From contig PS015010.1 of the NCBI GenBank assembly GCA_048213135.1, forward strand, positions 62,001-126,000: 64,000 nucleotides of DNA, read 5' to 3'. Shown in pieces: positions 60,801-64,000 of this stretch. The notes below the pieces were generated by a model, which was not told the origin of the DNA, did no database searches, and saw nothing but the letters and a program-made list of their open reading frames with translations. The position numbers and the translations under genes were made by a program. This DNA comes from Reclinomonas americana ATCC 50394. Lineage: Eukaryota. How positions within the stretch are numbered: position 1 is the first letter of the stretch; every line of letters starts with the position of its first letter.

Positions 60801-62111
60801 TTCATACTCGGGCGACAGCCGGATACCAACTGGCTCAACAAGGCCGCCACGAAAGGATTGATTACAAAGGATACCACGTTCAACTCCCTGTTTATGCAGA
60901 GCTTTGACCAGCGTTTGACGATGAGCGCAAGGCTTGAGCCCATACGTGACCTGAACATTACAGTGAACCTGAGTAAAACATTCAATAAGAATTACAGCGA
61001 AACATTCCGCTTTATCGATACATCGGCTAACCCCGTACCGGACAGGAAATTCCAGCACCTGAACCCATACGCAGGCGGTGGATTTGATGTGAGCTACATC
61101 GCTTACAAAACCCTCTTCGGTAAATTTGACCCGAACAGGATATCAGAAACATTCCGCAAGTTTGAAAGCTACAGGCGTGTATTGTCTGAACGCCTGGGCA
61201 AGGCCAACCCTTATTCCAATGGTCAGCCTGTTGGTACCGATGGTTACTATTATGGTTATGGTAAATATGCCATTGATGTGCTGATACCGTCATTCATCGC
61301 TGCTTATACCGGCAAAGACCCGAACAAGGTGTCGCTGATCAAGCAAAGCAACCCCAACATCAGGTCCAATCCGTTCCGTGGTATCATGCCCAAGCCGAAC
61401 TGGAAGATCGATTACAATGGTTTGAACCGTATTAAACCGCTGGATAAGATCTTTACCAACTTCTCGCTGTCGCATGGTTATTCCGGTAACCTGAGTATGA
61501 ACGGGTTCACTTCGGCGCTGTTGTACCAGGATATATCCCGTTACGGCTATCCTTCTTTCTACGATACCGTGTCGAAGAACTTTATCCCTTACTTCCTGGT
61601 GCCCAATCTTACACTGGGCGAACAGTTTACCCCGCTCATCGGCGTGGATATGATGTTCACCAACCAGTTGCAGGCGAAGTTTGAATACTCCAAATCAAGG
61701 CAACTGAGTCTGAGTCTTGTCGACTTCCAGCTGAGCGAGACGAGGAGCACAGAGATCGCCGTGGGTATCGGTTACCGCAAACGCGGATTGAAATTGCTGG
61801 GTGGCCTGAAACTGCCTAAGTTCCTGAATCCTAAAGGTGGTAACAAACTGGAGAACGAGATCAACTTCAGGCTCGATTTCCGTATACGCGACAACGTTAC
61901 CTCCAACAGCAGGCTGGACCAGGATAACCAGTTCGCCACTAATGGCAGCAAGGACATTTCGATATTGCCAACTGTTGACTATTACCTGAGCAACCGCGTT
62001 AACATCAAGTTTTACTTCGACCAGCGCAGGGTAATACCTTATATCTCTTCCAGTGCGCCCATTACCAATACCAGGGCGGGTGTGCAGGTGAGGATATCGC
62101 TTACAGAATAA
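54804..62111 (+). CDS. sprA: T9SS outer-membrane translocon SprA
   Basis: 2435 aa directly after ruvA; YEENRHF, EVWVTN, YIDDFEG-like, DFKSIRFIRMYL, WVNELRL motifs. Confidence 0.95.
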   Translation: MSLIREKHSRLIACFALVVALLLFGANHASAYPYDNDDNTHHFKADTVPTPLHYPIRDRRGDDLSNPGRNSFDLKDPANIRDSVVYDPVTKRYILYEKIGTRYYRTTTSYSFEEYWQLRGRRAEQEYFRKRSNTLNVLNRGRVKPKLSLYDNLFNRLFGNGKVSITPQGYVDLTAGYQGQNIKNPTLPENARKNGGFDFDMNAQLNVDANIGDKLKFPINYNTLANFGQDNQLKLDYTGMDDEIIKRFELGNVAFPSRSTLIPGAQQLFGVKTQLQFGKLFITGVLANQKSQRQNTTAQGGTASQPFEVKADEYEENRHFLLAQYFRANYNKVMGTLPANKSPIQILRLEVWVTNRNGTTTDTRDVVGLTNLGEAGTYDNPQVPTNGSNTLYSDIISNPLNRNSSLVFNNLVTQQGLVPVQDFEKTFARKLDSTQYTFNKYAGFISLSQPLQTDEVLGVAYQYSYNGKIFQVGEFSQDLPPDSASANQKIIFLKLLKATSQRPSLPIWRLMLKNVYAVGYGTLTPTDFKLDVLYQEPGLGWKRYVPFGNKNSGFPIISLINVDRLNNQLDPQPDGVFDYVEGYTVFSQYSRVMFPVLEPFGRDLAASIFTDTSTVPNIKDTLFYALYDSIKAVAQQYPNLNRYVLKGTAKVSGSADISIGYNVPRGSVTVTAGGRVLQEGLDYEINYDLGTLKIINSAIINSGIPVQVSSESNASFGLQQRNYMGLRWDYMAKNTAKQQLTFGGTIVRLGERPFFSKVSYDNSPTGGTNEPIRNTMYGLDVNYRKDLPRLTKLLDKLPFYKTVAPSGINVFAEGAYLKPGHAPQIGRGSKGVINIDDFEGTQSGLDLRFPPISWALASVPQGATDENGNPLFPEAGLNDNIDAGKNRASLSWYQIEPTLQQLRSANNPITDRDVLSDPRMRQVYQKEIFPQRTTGFGESQLITFDLAYYPTDRGPYNYDASSLNVAPNGKLRNPRQRWGGLMRSIDQPDFETANIEFIEFWLQDPFIEKTNPAGGKLYFNLGNISEDVLKDGKRFYENGLPTPNAPAPVENSNWGRVPLNPIQVTNAFSNDPNDREYQDLGFDGLSDTAEANKQAAYLAQLAATVGTSSPAYQAALNDPSSDNYHHYRGDDYDQQGLNILDRYKKFNNPQGNSPIASASSSYSTAATLYPDAEDLNKDNTLNQTEEYFQYIVDLKPSTDPNMSIGTNYIVDKKVVPVNLVNNTQRNETWYQFRIPLSEYKYKFGSIPDFKSIRFIRMYLTDFQDSVVLRFGELQLTRNVWRKWKYKIDTTGVYNQITTTGTTFNQGAVNIEENDKRTPLPYRTPTEIERIQTLSNNGVNLLQNEQSMSLQVCNLVEGDARGVFQTFANRDLRQFRKLSMYIHAEQKQGTSTILDRTMTAVVRMGTDFVNNYYEIRIPLIMTGLNAGTLDPNSTTYNDTLWNPNNSLDVDLQSLVRLKMNRNADINASPTKIYRQAPLANGHVYSVMGSPNLAEIRGILIGIENTSAETPCAEVWVNELRLSSLDEKGGWAALGRVDLTLADLGTISVSANTHSSGFGTLEQRANDRYRDNFLQFDVSANLELGKLLPKKAALSIPVFASYSQSVSTPEYDPYDQDVKLKDKLRAAPSSQRDSIKKDAIDFTSTTTVNFTNVRKNRTSTKKPKIYDISNFDVSYSYLKIKSHNPLIESNEVTRNRYALGYNFAPQPKYIEPFKRMFRKTKHHWFDLVKDFNFNLIPSQLSFRADVNRQFGAIRPRTIGASKYSIPETYDKYFTFQRDYILRWNLTRSLAFDLTATNNSRIDEPAGRLDTKAKKDTVWRNFAKGGRNTLYTQVVNFNYTLPTAKFPLIDWTTANVRYQATYRWIGASRLAVELGNILENGQQKEATLQLDFNRLYQKSKFLRQLDQTSNKADREKWRNRITRVKDTIITKTGKKVVKRRKIVDQTAVPYVSGLAKVVGKLFTSIKEVNITLSENANTRLPGYMDSTKYLGQNFNSMAPGFDFILGRQPDTNWLNKAATKGLITKDTTFNSLFMQSFDQRLTMSARLEPIRDLNITVNLSKTFNKNYSETFRFIDTSANPVPDRKFQHLNPYAGGGFDVSYIAYKTLFGKFDPNRISETFRKFESYRRVLSERLGKANPYSNGQPVGTDGYYYGYGKYAIDVLIPSFIAAYTGKDPNKVSLIKQSNPNIRSNPFRGIMPKPNWKIDYNGLNRIKPLDKIFTNFSLSHGYSGNLSMNGFTSALLYQDISRYGYPSFYDTVSKNFIPYFLVPNLTLGEQFTPLIGVDMMFTNQLQAKFEYSKSRQLSLSLVDFQLSETRSTEIAVGIGYRKRGLKLLGGLKLPKFLNPKGGNKLENEINFRLDFRIRDNVTSNSRLDQDNQFATNGSKDISILPTVDYYLSNRVNIKFYFDQRRVIPYISSSAPITNTRAGVQVRISLTE

Positions 62112-62128
62112 TAATCAAACAAACAGAT

Positions 62129-62164
62129 AAAGAAAAGGTCCCGTATATGCGGGACCTTTTCTTT
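62129..62164 (+). terminator. Intrinsic terminator after sprA
   Basis: AAAGAAAAGGTCCCG/CGGGACCTTTTCTTT. Confidence 0.88.
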
Positions 62165-62292
62165 AGGTAGTGTCTCAGTACAGATAAGCTCTCCCACCAA
62201 GCCGCTATGGCCACAAAGGGTTGCGAGGTAGAATATATACTTGGTGTTCTTTGTGTTTTTGTGGGAAATATATTCAGGCTGAGACACTGTCT
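62165..62292. mobile_element. MITE-like element, 128 bp
   Basis: Terminal inverted repeats AGGTAGTGTCTCAG / CTGAGACACTGTCT; inner inverted CACAAAG-type units; TTCTTT on both flanks. Confidence 0.5.
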
Positions 62293-62378
62293 TTCTTTAT
62301 AACCCATTGCATATCAGGAAATAATTTGTAAGTTTATGACCTCGATACTTATTATACAGGCTCCTATAATATTTATTG

Positions 62379-64000
62379 GTGAAAACTCTGCTTAAAACCA
62401 TTTTACCACTGCTGCTTATTTGCCGGGTCGCTCCGGCACAGGTTTTTTATTCCGGTGGCGCTACTGTTACCGTAGCAAATGGCGGCATTCTCTTTGTCAA
62501 CGGCGGTGCTGAATTTACCGGTGGAAGCACACTGGAAAACCACGGACAGATCACAACAACCAATAACTCAACCTTACCGGGTGCAGGTAATTTTGTACTG
62601 GGCGGTGCTTCGTCAGCCGGGGGCAATGGCAATTACCGCGTGGAGCAGGACTGGATCAACAGCGCCACTTTCAATGCCGGTAACAGTACCGTGGAATTGT
62701 TTGGCAATACCCTCCAGCAGATCACTTCTTTCAACAATACCTCAACTACTTTTCATCATCTCTTACTTACCGGCAGCGGAACCGGTAACAACAGGAAAAA
62801 ACAATTACTGAATGTTGACGCCCGTACCGGGATTGGCGGTGTGCTGACGATTAACAACAGGGAACTGGCGACTGGAGTGAATATTTTTTATGTAGATGAT
62901 CCGTCCCCGTCATCTGTAAGCAACAGTGCAGCGCCGGGCAATGAAGGCTTTGTAAGCAGCACCGGTGGTTATTTGTCGCGGGTTACCAACAGCAGTTCGT
63001 CTTATCTTTTTCCTGTAGGCTCATCGGCAGGTACTTTACGTTACCGCCCCCTGGCAGTGAAACCCGGCGATGCGGCGGTTAATACTTTCAGGGCAAGGCT
63101 GAATAATTATGACGCTACCACGGATGGTTTTAATATCAATCAGACAGGGATCGATGTATGTACTGTTAATCCGCTGTTCTATCATTCACTGCAGAGGACA
63201 TCAGGATCATCAGCGGCTGATGTTACACTTAGTTTTTCCCCTGCAGCAGATGGTAACTGGGCGCATATGGCCCGGTGGGCAACCGTGCCGGGAGAATGGA
63301 GCAGTATGGACCCGCCGGTAACGGGTACACTGGGCAGCCTGGCTACTGTTACACGGACATCCTGGAACTTCAGCGACAATGCCCCAGGCTATGCTTTATC
63401 AAAGGCAAGACCATTACCACCGCAATTGAATTGTCCTGCTTTCTGCGAACAATCGCTCAATAATATTTTTACCGCCACCGGTGCGCCTGCGGGTTACCTG
63501 TGGACGGTACCGCCGATGGCCACACTGGTATCGGGGCAGGGCACAGGCAGTATCCTCGTTAACTGGACAACCGGCACGGGCCCTGTATCTGTAGTGGCTG
63601 TAGGTGATCCGGGTTGTAACTCACTTCCCGCCAATTGTATTCCCGTTGTATACCCGTTACCGGATGCCCGCTTCAATGCTATAACACCTCATTCGCCTTA
63701 TTCGCTGGACTATACTTTCGCGGATGCCAGTTCCGGTGCGGGCCAGTGGAACTGGAATTTTGGCGATGGTAATATATCTTCAGAAATGTCGCCTGCTCAT
63801 CGTTTCCGGACGATTGGCGATTACCTGGTGAAGTTAAAAGTAACATCGGGACAGGGATGTACCGACGAAACTTCCCAATGGATATCCATCAAAAAATACA
63901 ATGTAAATGTGCCCAACAGCTTTACCCCGAACGGTGACGGAAGGAACGACCTGTTCCGCCCGCTGAGTGCCCCGGGTATGCCGCTGGTGCCCGGCGTATC
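62379..64000 (+). CDS. T9SS type B cargo protein (PKD plus gliding-motility-associated CHU_C domain), 3' end outside window
   Basis: GTG start MKTLLKTILPLLLICRVAPAQ; WNFGDG PKD motif; in-frame NVPNSFTPNGDGRNDLF; absent from the ORF track, apparently because no stop falls inside the window. Confidence 0.9.
   Translation, partial: MKTLLKTILPLLLICRVAPAQVFYSGGATVTVANGGILFVNGGAEFTGGSTLENHGQITTTNNSTLPGAGNFVLGGASSAGGNGNYRVEQDWINSATFNAGNSTVELFGNTLQQITSFNNTSTTFHHLLLTGSGTGNNRKKQLLNVDARTGIGGVLTINNRELATGVNIFYVDDPSPSSVSNSAAPGNEGFVSSTGGYLSRVTNSSSSYLFPVGSSAGTLRYRPLAVKPGDAAVNTFRARLNNYDATTDGFNINQTGIDVCTVNPLFYHSLQRTSGSSAADVTLSFSPAADGNWAHMARWATVPGEWSSMDPPVTGTLGSLATVTRTSWNFSDNAPGYALSKARPLPPQLNCPAFCEQSLNNIFTATGAPAGYLWTVPPMATLVSGQGTGSILVNWTTGTGPVSVVAVGDPGCNSLPANCIPVVYPLPDARFNAITPHSPYSLDYTFADASSGAGQWNWNFGDGNISSEMSPAHRFRTIGDYLVKLKVTSGQGCTDETSQWISIKKYNVNVPNSFTPNGDGRNDLFRPLSAPGMPLVPGV

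Noticed and set aside
62447-63676. Short ORFs suggesting a fragmented gene
   Set aside because: The start at 62379 and the CHU_C motif near the window end are in one frame; the small ORFs are off-frame or antisense.

Overview
Bacteroidota chromosomal segment, probably Chitinophagaceae-like (inferred from sprA/T9SS, a short sigmaA lacking region 1.1, TAnnTTTG promoter boxes and the repeat families). Most of it is housekeeping and envelope genes: sucD, mlaEF, maeB, lysA, mrp, aroK, ftsK, pth, a fused E1 2-oxo-acid dehydrogenase, tRNA(CAT), M20 dipeptidase, Tat-exported Mn-type SOD, lptF/G, sigmaA, sucB, an RsmB-like methylase, fabH, ruvA, sprA and a T9SS type B cargo protein. It also holds two different thioester alpha-2-macroglobulins (one with pbpC) and C1A, S8 and S41 proteases. 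I recognised no integrase, transposase, CRISPR array or defence system. The most unusual content is non-coding. (1) A ~1.97 kb block (51099-53066) of three co-oriented orphan genes is bracketed by nested inverted repeats and punctuated by REP-like, direct-repeat and attC-like sequences. (2) A modular ~220-260 bp repeat occurs twice, and one copy appears to truncate a TatA-like ORF. (3) A decayed copy of the tRNA 3' half and its terminator carries palindrome insertions. (4) A consensus promoter fires into an ORF-free hairpin (candidate sRNA). (5) Many intergenic gaps contain 7/8/9-mer arrays, one family sitting just upstream of start codons. All protein calls come from motif recognition by eye; no searches were run.
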